Assembly: GCF_031769215.1 (NCBI RefSeq)
Contig: NW_026781977.1
Location: 868,001-932,000 of the forward strand
Direction: 5' to 3'
Length of the DNA: 64,000 nt
Source of the DNA: Ylistrum balloti
Taxonomy: Eukaryota
Part shown: positions 13,901 to 27,102 of the stretch, in pieces
How positions within the stretch are numbered: the stretch's first letter is position 1
Layout: the number at the start of each line of letters is the position of its first letter
The notes under the pieces: generated by a model
What the model was told of the DNA's origin: nothing
The model's database searches: none
Seen by the model: only the letters and a program-made list of their open reading frames with translations
Position numbers and translations under genes: made by a program

Positions 13901-15099
13901 TATTCTCCAGAAGTATATGGCAATATAAACTATTAACTTCATTTATATTTAAACAATTTCGAAACAGGTTGTCAGCTTATATTCATCACTCTTGCCTGCA
14001 GGAATGGAAGCGGGCGAGGTGTAAAAGGCAAGTGTGTAATCACTGCTTCATCCAACCACCCAAATATGGTTATATCTCTAACGCTTAATGCAGTTTTGTT
14101 GTGAGAAATACTAAACCATAAAAAGCACGTAATACTCAACACTTTCGGTGGATTTAAACTTGATTTAAGGATAAGAACTAAGAACTACTATCTGCTACTA
14201 CATAGTTCTTATATTGGTTAAGATTTCAGTAATATTGCTAACAGCGTGAGGGGATTACTGACTATATTATTTTAATAGTTGTGGTTCATTCAACCAAGAA
14301 ACTAAGTTCTTCATTTTTAAAGTATTAGGAAAATTGTTAATAAACGCAAATTCAGCATAATTTTTATTTGCCACCAAGCGGCGACTGTAACCTTGACATG
14401 GCTTTTCCCCCAGACTAAACATATTGACGTTCTATGCTTCTGCTAATTCTTTTCGGTTCTTTAATTGTGTTTCATTCAGCCATTGCCTACTAAAATGATA
14501 AAACTCTCTACACTGATATTCTTTAAAAATTTCTACTGAAACGGCTGTTCAAGAGGGTAAAGTTTTCGCTATTTTCGCGCATGCAATAAATACAGATACC
14601 GTGATTATATTATATATAGTGTAATGTGACGCTACCAAAAACGACAGCAATTTTCAATGTTTTACCTTAATATTTCGTTTGCCGTGGATAAATTCCAAAT
14701 GTTTGTTTTATTTTGGCAAAGAGTGATCAAGAACTTGTGTTGGTTTACCTTTAAGAGAAGTTTATTAATAGAACGGTATGGGATGCCGTCACTTCCGGCA
14801 TCAAACAAGGCGTGTGTGCCAAAATTTGATACCTTGTAGGAAAAGAAGATAAAACAGACACCACAACAACTTACTCTGTCGAAAGTCATGATTTTCCAGC
14901 ACAAATGAGACGTCAGTATATATTTTGAACCATATCATATTGATTACCTCATAATTACACTGTAAATATGGAAATGAAGATAGGCGCTCCGTGCGCAGTA
15001 GCAGCTGTACACAGATCGATGTTACGTAACATACTGTTCACAACGCATAGGCATAAATGTACTCATGAACAGCAATATATTGTGAAAGTCGACAGATAG

Positions 15100-15172
15100 C
15101 GGACGCCGGACGACGGACGCCGCGACATACCTTAAGCTCACTTGGCGCTTCGGCCAGATGAGCTTAAAAAAC
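15100..15172 (+). mobile_element. 3' end of pearl/HINE (Helentron-associated)-like non-autonomous element
   Basis: ggacg-type microsatellite, then hairpin agctcacttggc-gcttcg-gccagatgagct and a poly-A run. Confidence 0.55.
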
Positions 15173-17943
15173 GTTATTTTTATTCTGACCAGCGTCTTGT
15201 CTAGATGTAGGTCCCTGCAAATCTCTAAACACGTACACCTTAATTTCTGTAGTAGTATATTATGAAGATTTCAGTAAAAGAAAAAATACCTTCTACATAA
15301 CGTTCATTAGAATCTACTTTATATTATTATGAAATTGTTGGTGTCAGTAAATAGGGAAAAAACATTATTTCAGAATTCATTATTATCTACAGACAATCAA
15401 TTATTTGATTTTGTAGCTTAGCAAAAGCAGCTAGCTCTCTTGCCACGAAGAGCATATCCGGATTTTTTCAGGTTACCTTGCGTGTTTTAGTGGCGCCATG
15501 CGCAGATAAGCGTAAATAAGATGGTTGAGACGACAACAGCCGTGGCTCGTCGATACAAAATCCTTAGATATTTTCTAGTTTATTATGTAATAACAGATTT
15601 CTTGGTTACGTTTAATATGCCCATAAGGACTAGAAAAATACCCGTCGCAAGACCGTATGATCTGTGATATGAACATTTATGACATTTCTGCCCATTTCAA
15701 AAAAGTCTTGTAGAGAATCTTAGATTCGTTGTACAATAAATACTTAGATGCTGTTTTTTTTTAAGTAATCAGTGTGAATTCCTGCATATCTCATTCGCAA
15801 GGGTTGAAAGACACTTTTTCCGTGAAAGGTATCAATTTGGGTAGCGTCACGTTAAATCCATTATTCGAATATTGAATTTCATAGAGAAAATACAGTTAGC
15901 TACAAACTTTATCAAAATGTTTGAAAGTTTTAAACCTTCGAAAAAAACATTATTTACATAATCTGAAATCCAACCTAGATCGGTTGCTAGGAATACCAAA
16001 AGAGTTGCTATAAATAGAATAAACCGTATTTCGTTACTCGCGCTCAGTGAAAAAAGTCCAGTTTTCTAAATACATGTAAAACTTTGAAAATAATACTTTC
16101 GAAAAAAACATCCTTTACAGAATCAAGAAATATAGTCTAGAGATCGCACGCTTGGAATATCAAAAAAGTTCGTTTCTACGCCGAACTAAGCGTCGTTAGA
16201 GGCGCGAAGATTCAGGGAGAACATCCTACAAGAAAGACTGCTCTTGGAACGGCCACAAACTAATAACATCAACATCTTGAGTGAACCCACGCGCGGGAGT
16301 CTGTCATGTAACATTAGGGGAATTGGGCGTTTAAGCGTAATGGGGAAACCCCATAAAGTCTATTAATGAGAAGTTACCACGTCGTTATAACCTGTTATGT
16401 AATTATGTAAACAAAGTTACTGGGCTTGATCGAAATCGTTGTTGATAGGAACATGTGTCAGACAATGTTTTATCTTAGACTGAACATTAAGTCTCTATAA
16501 CAACATTTCAGCTTCCATTTTTCTTAATATTGCAGTTAATTTAATTTTTTTAATGTCTTTCTCTTTAATAACGACAAATGGTTAAATGTGACTAAACAAC
16601 GGAAGTTTATAAAATGAAAAAAAAATCATATAATGAAATATTGTTTTAGAGACTCGTGTATACCTTTGACTTTAAAGTTTAACATACTTACATTGGTCTA
16701 TTTTTAAAATACCGTTAATTCTATTTTACTTCCTTGAGCGATCATCCGATACAACATCAGAGGAAACAACATGATGTTTTATCATCGCAATTATAGATAT
16801 ATTTGATCCTTGTTTTTGTCGTCTTTGTTGCCATCGATCGTCGTTTAAAACCACTCCGTCTGTTTCTCCTTGTTTAACGGTTTAGTATCAAATGATCTCT
16901 CGCCAAACCGACCCACAATGACCATTATTTTCTATTGAAATAAGACATCTACAAGGTTGTTAACTAGCTTGTGATTGGTCAACTGTTGAAGTGGAGCCTA
17001 AATCACGGACACGGCGGCGTCACAACCCGTTCCAGATCAATACCGACTGCGAATGAGTTAGAGAAATATCAGTGAGAGAGACGTGACCAAATTGTTTGGG
17101 AGATCGTATCGGGAGGGAAAGGATATTTACGCTCACGTGCATTAGACCAGACTTTCTCTCTCACAAATAGTTTACGTAAACCGCTGCACTGTTTGAGAGG
17201 TCGGTATTTGTGTATTGGGATCGAGCCAGGTACAGTCTAGTAATGCGTTCTCTGCGATCTGTAGACATGTTAACTAGCTTTTAGAAGAATATTGTGTCCT
17301 TAGTTTCAGTTAGATGTCATGCAATATTTGACCATCCATATTTCACAACTAAAAAGAATTATTATACTCATTTGGAATTAACTTAAGTATGCTTATGATT
17401 TATATAATTCCAACAATGATGTTACGTTTTCTTCAGTATAAACATATTTTATAGAAGTTTAAAGCGGTATAACGCAGTTTTACTCATAATCTCGCACAAG
17501 TTTTATCTAGTACAAAATTTACTTTTGCCATCTGTACAGTCTTCATTGAAGTTGAAATCGGATTTGCTTAGTATTGATATATCATAGAAATAGTTTACAT
17601 CTTTCTATAAAAATCTGCGGTAAATGACCATTTACGCAATCGGATTATTTAACAGTTATATATATCTTGGACTTTTCTTGAATTTATTCACATTTGACTA
17701 CCGATTACATATTCTGATGTGGATGAGTTAGACGAAGTGTAGACAATAACAACTTGTACATACATAGAAAGTACAGGACTGTTCATGTGATATGCCTGTA
17801 AACTTATTGTGCTGAGATAAAACACGATTACGGTTATTTATCACCTAAAGAATATTTAATTTTCATTAATTTGATCATCTTTCTGACAAAATATCTGTGA
17901 GGTTGACATTATCTTATATTGCAGACAGAGTATAATCATCATC

Positions 17944-20900
17944 ATGGATTCAAATAACTTGTGGAAGATGCTAGTGGGTGTGGCTTTCTCTCTGATGGTG
18001 GTTGGAGCACAGGATCAGATTGAGAGTGTAATTGTAAGTATTTTAATATTTTATAATCACAAACTCTCTATAGATAACATATTTGCTTCAATCTGATGTT
18101 CGCATTGTGTTTGTGATATAAAAGGTTTCTACATCAAATCACATTAGTCAATTACCATAAGATCAATGTTATCAGTATTAAAATCTTCGCGAATCATTCT
18201 TTATATCAATCAAAATGAAAATTCATTTCTCACCAAAATTAAGTGATTTGCAGTTCTTGAAATACTATGGGGTGCTAAAAAATCAACCTCGTAATTACTA
18301 TCTGTTTATGTCTAAATTGGAGCGTTCCGTAAGGTACACTTCTATATAATGTATTATCTACAAATGTCATTTGTAGTTTTGGAAATGTTAATGTTAACGT
18401 TATATATATATACGCATGGACGATGTTTCTTAAATAGGAAATTCCTGAAAATTATTTTATTTATTTAGAAAATCACAAAATCTATTCAGATTGAGTACGA
18501 CAGCACCAAGTAATCAAGGAGTACAATTTTGTTAAAAATAGAGTTAATCACGTCATCACGCCATCACAAAAACCAATAGTGTTCTTTTAATAACACAACG
18601 AGAAATTGACTGTGAAATGATGTAATGATAAGGAACATTTGCGGCGTGGAAGCTTTCTCAAAATCCAAGTCAGACAAGCGTTTCGTTTACTTTCTTTTAG
18701 ATAAATTCAACCTAAAAGTCTTTAGATTTTGCAAAAATAAGACATTCGTTTTAAAAAAGGAATTTGAGTAAATGAAAATTTTCTGAGTAAATATAAGCGG
18801 TAAATACGTCATGTTGTCAAAGTTATTTAGGATACAGACAATCAGCTGTTTCTGATGTACATTTCATTAGGAAGACACTAGTCACAATTTTTCATTCGTT
18901 AGTCTTTAAGTTCCAGTAAGCAGTCCAGCATAAAAAAACAATAAGTAAAGATAACGAAAATATTTAATTTTGTCTTCGACTTCTTAATAGACTTACCGTG
19001 CTATAAGATACGCGTTTTACTAACTTCGTTACATTGGTCTTCTAGATATGATTAATAAAACAGCCTTTTAAATGTTAATGTAATGTCACAGCGCTGTAAC
19101 GATATATCTGAACTTCTATTATTAACTTATTAACTAATGTGTACAATGTTTGCGATAGCAGTTGGTAGACACTACTGGTGGACTTCCAATCCCCGAGGAG
19201 TGTCATAACGTGCATGTCACGTATAAATTCATTCAAATAGTGGCACGGTTCAGAAAATACACATGTACTGTATGCTGGTCTAAAACTATCTGGTTAATGA
19301 AAATTACGAAATCATATAATTATCGGGTTGCTGCTTATTATAAATGCGAAAAGAAGAACAAAATGTATTTTAATTTCTTTGTAAATGTAAAAGAATAAGT
19401 CCAGCTGCTTCGGAAGGAAAAGCGTCTTCTGCTTCATCGACGCTTCCTACCTTAAAAACCTAGGTCAAATGTAAGATATATTTGTTGTGAAATTGAGTGA
19501 TATCTGAAGAACTAGGAACACTATCAAACAAGATAAGAGCATATCAACAAGGTTTTATTAGTGACCCTGAATACACCCATAAGCTTTGACGTCCCGTGTC
19601 TCCTGGAATCGTGCTGTAAATTTGTCCGTCAACACACGACATCTATTTTGAAAATCGAAATATCAAGAACAAACATTTGAGACAAAAGCGATATATAAAT
19701 ATATAAGCTAAACAAAATCATGATAAATTACAATAAAACTTTCATCAAGTAGTAAGGAAACATTTTGTAGGTAATATCAATAACATTTATTATAAACAAA
19801 TGTTCATAACATAGGAAACATAATTTTATTATTTGTGTGTGTTTTCTGTCACACTTATCACATGGTATTAATGTTACATATCCATACTGTGAGTTATATA
19901 TCACTTTTATGTATGAAAGGAACAGCCAAGTTCCAAGACTAAAAACAGAAAAATAAGAATTGGTCGAGATCAACAGAATGAAATGTATGGTATTTCACAT
20001 AAATACATATCAACGTTATGTAGGCGTGTTAATTAAATGGTCCGGAATGGTAGTTCTATCGTGTCATTATCTACCTTTGGAGCTAGAAACCGAATTAAAC
20101 ATACACTTGTTTTCATTTCTCCTAAATTATGATTATCATTCTGTTGATAACATCAAATTACATTCGAACATTATCATGTTAACTACCTAACTTATTTTTT
20201 TCATAATCAGATGGAAATAATAACGATCTGTTTGACGTGTGTCCTAAGTAGATTAGGTAATATCGGATATCTTCGAACAAATGTAATGTTACTTACCTGC
20301 AATCAAATATAACTAAACGTTGTATTTATACTAAAGTATCAACCAATCCTGTCCTGAATGTATTTATTCGATATGTGTCTTTAAATGTGTCTAATTATCA
20401 AACTGTAGGAATCTGTCATATAACCTTTTTCACAAAGTCATTGGGAATGCAAAAAAAAGTCATACTCAGTATATCATATCTTAGATATTCAAGCTAAAAT
20501 GAACGTATATTTAAGCATTAACACCGTTTTACTGGGTGATGGTAATGTTAATGTTGACATATGGGAGAGGGAGGATTCGCGGTTTATACGGCGGTAATGG
20601 CGATATTGCGTGTAAAATGTTAACTTTTAGAATGGAGACAAAAAGGTTTCATATGCAGTAACGGCAGCAAGACACCATTTTACATTCCAAACTTTTTTTT
20701 TTTTTTTTTCTAAATTGTACCTGAAACCATGAATTTTTCGTAGATAATTGTGGCGTTGCCGTGCTGATGTAAACGAACCGTTGGAATTCTGTAAAGATGA
20801 CGTCATAGATACATGCTCATGTGACCCATTAAGATTGGACATATCGGCATATATCAGGATGGTAATATATGATATAATAATCGGTGAAATCACGTGATCA

Positions 20901-23900
20901 AATGATACCGCCATTTTATCTCTCAACTTAGGCACTAATTAAAGAAGCACGTAGGCTATTTATCACAGTAACAGTATCTGAGTCACGCCTGTGCAGCTGA
21001 AATCTGAAACCCTGTCAAATAACATTTTGGCGTTGTAACTTATCCTGTTCCATTTGTAATACTGCGTCATTCTTTTATAAAAACACCGTCTCTGGCCACA
21101 CAGCAGTATACCAGATTAACCAGCTATGTGCTTTCATTCAGTTTGCAGAAAGGTTTGTCTTTCATATCTGAATAGAACTTAAAAAAATATCCCTATCAAA
21201 CATGAAAAGAAATGTGATTCTAAGCTAGAATAAGATTTTCATGTCATATATTTCCGTCGGCTTCACTTTTCGTGGTTTAACAAAGATTCCTATTTTGAGA
21301 ACACTCGATTTCTTAAGTAAACACAGCTCAATAAATCTACTCATACTAACTGAAATATGAAAGCCCACGAAAATTTATAGTGTTACAGTAACGTAAATTA
21401 CGATGTTTTATCTTATTTGTCAAATCCTATCAAGAAGATTATTACCATTATCAATTCATTGGATAATGTCTTGCAGGTCTATTTTTCTCGTTTTGACTAT
21501 CACAACAAGATCCCCTTTTCTTTCTAAATCTGAATGTTTGTTGCTGAAAATTAAAACATATTTATGTTTTCTGAAAGGTTTGTTACATAACAGTCGACTA
21601 AAAGTATCTACATACGATCTTCACACACGGTTTTTCATTCGAGTTATTTTTGGCAATACCGATGATGGTGGAATGGATTAAATGTACAGGGAACAACTGT
21701 GTTCCGAATTCCCCTCTCCACCGATTTACTCAAACTACAGACGTTTTCTAATATCTTTACCTGCGTGCTCCTTTTTCCTTGTAAATTGATTAAAATTGAC
21801 TCCTCACGCCATCAGACTGACATTGATATCAACCTATTTGGGATCACCTCTTGCCCTTATTTTCACTGACGAGTCCTAGATGGACGAAACAGCTGCATGA
21901 TATAGCACCACTGAAGAGTCATAGAAGGACAAAACATTAGTATGATATAGCATCACTGACGAGTCCTAGATGGACGAAACAGCTGTATGATATAGCATCA
22001 CTGAAACAGCTGCATGATGCAATTTAATTAATTTTTTGACTCTACTGTATCTGATTTTTTAATTTGTGATAAAAGATACTGATCACTGGTGTGTCTTTTG
22101 TACAAATTTCAGTGATGAACGAAAAATAGAATCGTTCCCATTTCTTCCTCAGTAGAAAAGACGTTGGGTTAAAGTGTGTAAAGATTGCTACATCATGAAT
22201 CAAACGTGAAGACAATGTACCAATACATGTTATCTTATTCAGCTTGCCAAGCTTTCCATTAAAGTACAAACAAACAGAGTACAAATTTGAAAACACGACT
22301 TCCATCAAAATGACGTTAAAATGATGGCGAGATCCAGTACATAGCTATTAAAACCGTGAATCTATTTGTGAATGACATTTCCTTTCACATTTCTCATATT
22401 AAACTTGTAAATATCAAATGAGTTGTTCCTACATGGTCTTTAGCGACTGCGTTATCAGCTTGTCCGCCATGAATCCCCTCCATCATGTAGAACTACATCC
22501 GAGAAGGAGTTTTCACGTTATTTATCATCATTATCCTCTGTTACAACTTAGACGAGCCAGTACTTTTATCTATACCTAACACATCACATGCTACTCTCCT
22601 GATTTCTTTTTTGTTTATATGTTTGTGATGACTGTTCGTGCTGTGTGCATACTGGTGCCAGTTTAATTTTATTTTACACGGGAAGTATTAGATGGAGCAG
22701 TGTGTTTGATATCATGACACATATGATACAAACACACGCATGTCTCACCCCTAACCACGTCACATGAACTTTGAGTTCACTGCTCAAATATCAACATTCA
22801 CACAAAATTTCTAAACATCATGAATTAGGGACTCGGATAAAACAAACTAGTCGGGCTATTTTTAAAGTACATTAATGATTTTATGTTACGAAAACTGTGA
22901 CCTAGCCGCCCTATATTTAGACTCGACCTTAAAAAATTGTATATCGTTACAGCATTCAGTTATCTTATCATTGTGACGTCATCCACTTTTGTCTTGAATG
23001 AAAATAAATCATTTGCTGGATACCCGTATCATCTGTCCTGGTTTTTAGCAGAAACATGAAGCGTTTGGTATAGTTAAATATTGTTTAACATCCTATTAAA
23101 GTTCATAGAGATGTTTTACATCATTTTCCGTTTTCCTTTATATAATATATATTTTTAATAAATACACATTTCCTTATGTTAGAAGTCCATAACTTTTATT
23201 GTTTGTGGTTTCAAAGACACAGCAAATTTAATAATCAAGTTGACGAAATCGACAGCCAGGAGCTGCATGACTTATAGAGCTATTTGTTGTTAATTACCAT
23301 TGTTCTGCCTATTTACTCCTCGTAATGACTTAATGACGGTAATTGGAAGTTATTTTACGTCATTGTAATTTATCACCAGGCCCACTGTACTCTGCCATTT
23401 GTACCTATTGGTCTGGTGTACAAGCCGTGGTCGAGAGGTTGTTAGTTCTGTATCAATCATTCACTGGAAACGGTATTGTCATTTTTCATAAAAAAAACTT
23501 ACAGACTGTTATTTCCTAATTACATACTGAACCAGACATTTAGCGGTTTTGTTCTTGTTTTTTTTTTTTTTGTTATTATAATTATTTTTTCAGTGGGGTT
23601 GAATTCTGATATTCCGTAACTTGATTCGGACATGTATCTTAATCTCAGGCGAAAACAAAAACAAGAACCAAAGATTACTTTTATATTTTGATAAATAACA
23701 GTACACCATATATTGTACAATTATTTCACTAAATCGGCAGATAAAAACTGTCAGTCTAGAATTCCAGAAAATACCGCCGTGACAAGGATAATGTACACTT
23801 TAACCATGAATTGAAACATAGAAAAAATATTTTAAAAAATAATATATGAAATATATATAAAATACGAAATATTCCATGCGCGTTGTTACTTTACACATAT

Positions 23901-26900
23901 GTCACATATGAAGCTACACTTTGCGTCCAGTCCTGCAGGTACTGTGTAAAAACTGAAATAAATAAATAAATAAACTTGACTCATTTTACAACAGTTGCGA
24001 GACGAGTCTTTCCATCTTATACCAATCACGCTTGTTGGCCTGATTAGAATCGCAGGAGGGGTCTTACTGCGCGCAGTAAACCAGAGTACCCGGGGAAAAA
24101 AACCACCTGTCAGTTAGGTGTCCTCGATTCCGGACGTCTATATTAAAGTCGGATGCATAACCATTTATTTTTTTATTCATTTCTTTGTCCTCCATGACAT
24201 TTAAACATTTTTGTTATTGCTGTTTTAGGGCTGTAGAATATCACCATCCAGAAATTTACTATCAGATAGTTAAAATTACCTTAATTCCGTATCATACCAA
24301 ACATCGGCGCCAGACGGCGCTTTCTTTCCTAATTCCAATGACACGGAATTAAATCATTTTACACTAACTCAATAATTTTTTCTATTACAAGATTAATGAA
24401 AAACTAAGGAATTGAAATGAGATAACCTATAACGTTAATGTGAACTTAATCAGCCTTCAGTTCTCACTTCACAATAAACATCAATAGAACGACCTTGGTC
24501 CCTAAATGGGCTCTTTTATCAACAACACAGCAGTCGTGTTTTTTTACCCCTGGTTGATATCCTCAATTCCAAAACGAAAAGGAATGTATTATGAATCCTT
24601 ACAACTTAAAATCAATGAGTTCTCTATGTTAACATCAATGTCGGTATGGCTTTGTCGTTCTCCAGTCAGAGACATACAGTGACGATGGACTTATATGTCA
24701 CGATTCGTACAAATTATTTCACGGTTCAGAATATATACACACGTACTGGACATTCTTCTATCAAATCAGCATGAACATTTCTAAATATATCGAATAATTG
24801 GGCTTAGGGCGGTTTTTTTTCAATGACTTAATTCTGTCACCGAAATAAGTACAGACTTAATTCTGTCACCGAAATAAGGACATGTTTAATTCTTACACCA
24901 AAATAAGAACATGCTTTATTCTGACACCAAAATAAGGACATGCTCAATTCTGTCACCAAAGTGAGGATAGGCTTAATACTGTCCTAAAAAATGGCAGGCC
25001 TAAGCCCGTCCTCGAGATAAGAACATTATTGATTCCTTGCTTGAAATTCAAACCAGGAAGTAAGTATTTATTTCAAATATTCTCTTCAGAAATAATAAAA
25101 TTATTTGTGAACCATCTTTATCAATCCAACGGAATGTGATTTGCAAAACTGATTATACGTTCAATAAGACAATATAGAAATATTGATTTTTCTGAATGGT
25201 TACCATGAAACTAAAATAATTATTTTGTCGCAAGTATCTATTTTTTTAGGTTTTCCAAAAATAATTGCTCTGTCCTATTCGTTTAATCAAAACTGTTTTT
25301 TTTTAATGTCCAAGCAACATTAAAGAAATTTATATTATTTTCTTAAAATCACACAAATATGACGGATGTGAAAATAACTAGTCATGATATTGAATGATCG
25401 ATGTGTTATCAATAACTTATTACTGTCTAAAGTTCCCTGGAGAGTGATTTATTTGCTGCTGTTAACTAAACAAGGGCATTTTCGTTGTATTAATTCAAAC
25501 CGAGTGAACGTTCGATTATCTCGAACGTAAAAAAATCAAAAACCTGGAATTTTCAATATTACTGCATGACTTTCCACACAGCACTTGTGTAGAATCAAAC
25601 AAAAAAGCCTAAAGCTAATTATTAGTTGATTGTCATTGGAAAAAATCCATTTTTGTCCATTTCTATTTCGGTATGATAAGGTTGATGAGACATGACATCT
25701 TGTGTATAAAAGGTTTCATAGAAAACGTGCATACTGCAAAATCATTAATTTTTGTGGGAGTTTAATTTTCTTTGTTTTCGTAGATATGTTCTCAATCTGA
25801 TCTCACAGAGTTACTTCTCTCTGACTGTGTCAATACACTCATGGCAGCCGATGAGAACTGAAGTGTGTTAATGTATCAATTCCATTTATGAGATGATTTA
25901 AGATGAAACTGAACAAAGTTTTTTAGCATCAGTTGATTTCTTGATTGCTTTTTATACACGAAATCAAAAGCTGAAAAAAACCGCACAAACAGAAGTGAAA
26001 ACCACGAAAATCTCCTATATAATATGATATATTCATTATTGTTTTGTTTCGTCTTAGTTATAATTGATTGATATTTTTACATATTTGTTTATCTTTCTCT
26101 ATTTTATTACGCACTTTGTCTCTAACTACAATATAATGTCTTTCATACCAGAGACTTAACAATACACTCTGCCCGCAAAACGCCGTGTGTGCCAATGTCT
26201 TCAGATATGATGAACCAGTAGGGCCCTATGTGGCGCGCAGCATCCTCCACTGTAATTGCAACAACTTTGATGAAAACGGAGGATGCCCATACCTAACGCC
26301 GAATGAAGACAACTCCCTATATCAATCACAAAGAAATCGGTAAGTAGAAGATGAAAACCATAAGGACACAACAAACAGAAATGCATGCTGAAAACGAATG
26401 ATTTTCACAATTTCTTTCAGACTTGTTCGTTACAGGATAATGTGAGTTGGTTTTATTTTTCTAGGGAAGTGATCTGTGGGTCAGTAAGGACTATGTCGGA
26501 GTGTAGAGAAGGGCAGATAGCCAGGGAACGGAAATCCGACCGAAAAGGAAGAAATTATTTCGTTGTAAGTTTAGTTGTTGATATCGAAAGAAAGGAAATG
26601 TCACAATTTTACAACTCAACTCTTTGTCAAAGACTTGTGAAATTATACTTATCGCCGTCTTATTCTCTCTGTCCTTGCACGTGTTCTACCAGTAGGTCGC
26701 GATTTTTAAAGAAGGAAAATTATTTTATAACAAAATTTTCTGGAAAAAATCTAACTTATTCAACAACAGTTTCAGAGGATCAGTATACCAAATATCATTA
26801 GACGTTTATAGTGAACAAAGCCTTATACATTGTGAAGTAAATGAAAACATTGTACTCCGCCGTATAGCCATAAAGGAGAGACGTTCATTTTACACAAGCT

Positions 26901-27102
26901 CAACTTTCGGGTATAATTAAACGAAATACTTGAAAAATCTGAAGTGCAAAGAGCTTTTACGGTTTAAATATTATGTTTTTATAATTTGTAGGTGTATTGT
27001 CGCTGTCCAGAACATACCCGACCATATAATTTGGTAAACAGGTTGAAGGCAACTGTATCGTTGAGAATGTTCAAAACCCAATACCGATGTAACATTCTTT
27101 AA
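17944..27102 (+). CDS. Secreted Argos/giant-lens-like cysteine-rich protein, 162 aa, 4 coding exons
   Basis: Exons 17944-18033 (MDSNNLWKMLVGVAFSLMVVGAQDQIESVI, signal-peptide-like), 26152-26339, 26465-26564 and 26992-27102, all GT-AG and phase-consistent. Ten Cys: LCPQNAVCANVFRY...HCNC...GGCP...VICGSVRTMSEC...VVYCRCPEH...QYRC. This parallels Drosophila Argos as recalled (CSLNAVCSKVDLY...GGCP...KMCQPVHKLPVC...IVHCRCP...LFAC). Additional exons hidden in the 8-kb first intron cannot be excluded. Confidence 0.75.
21863..22020 (+). repeat. 45-bp tandem array (3 full units plus 1 truncated) of hammerhead ribozyme motifs
   Basis: CTGA core starts at 21866, 21911, 21956 and 22001, an exact 45-bp period. 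Confidence 0.9.
21952..21991 (+). ncRNA. Minimal type I hammerhead ribozyme with intact catalytic core
   Basis: Stem I atca (21952-55)/tgat (21988-91); CUGACGA 21956-62; stem II GUCC-uagau-GGAC 21963-75; GAAA 21976-79; palindromic stem III ACAGCUGU 21979-86; GUA triplet with predicted cleavage after 21987. Confidence 0.85.
23880..24120. mobile_element. SINE-derived fragments
   Basis: (AAAT)n tail at 23957-23976 and aaaccagagtacccgggg...aaccacc, the reverse complement of the ggtggttttc.ccgggtactc core also seen in the 27746 SINE. Confidence 0.35.
24800..25007. mobile_element. Small non-autonomous element: short inverted repeats enclosing a ~29-bp tandem repeat
   Basis: gggcttagg (24800-08) and cctaagccc (24999-25007) flank about 6 degenerate copies of gacttaattctgtcaccgaaataagtaca. 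Confidence 0.6.

Noticed and set aside
26421-26441. 21-nt microexon with good splice sites in the Argos-like gene
   Set aside because: It leaves only 23 nt before the 26465 acceptor, too short for an intron, and the 26339/26465 join already gives the correct Cys spacing.
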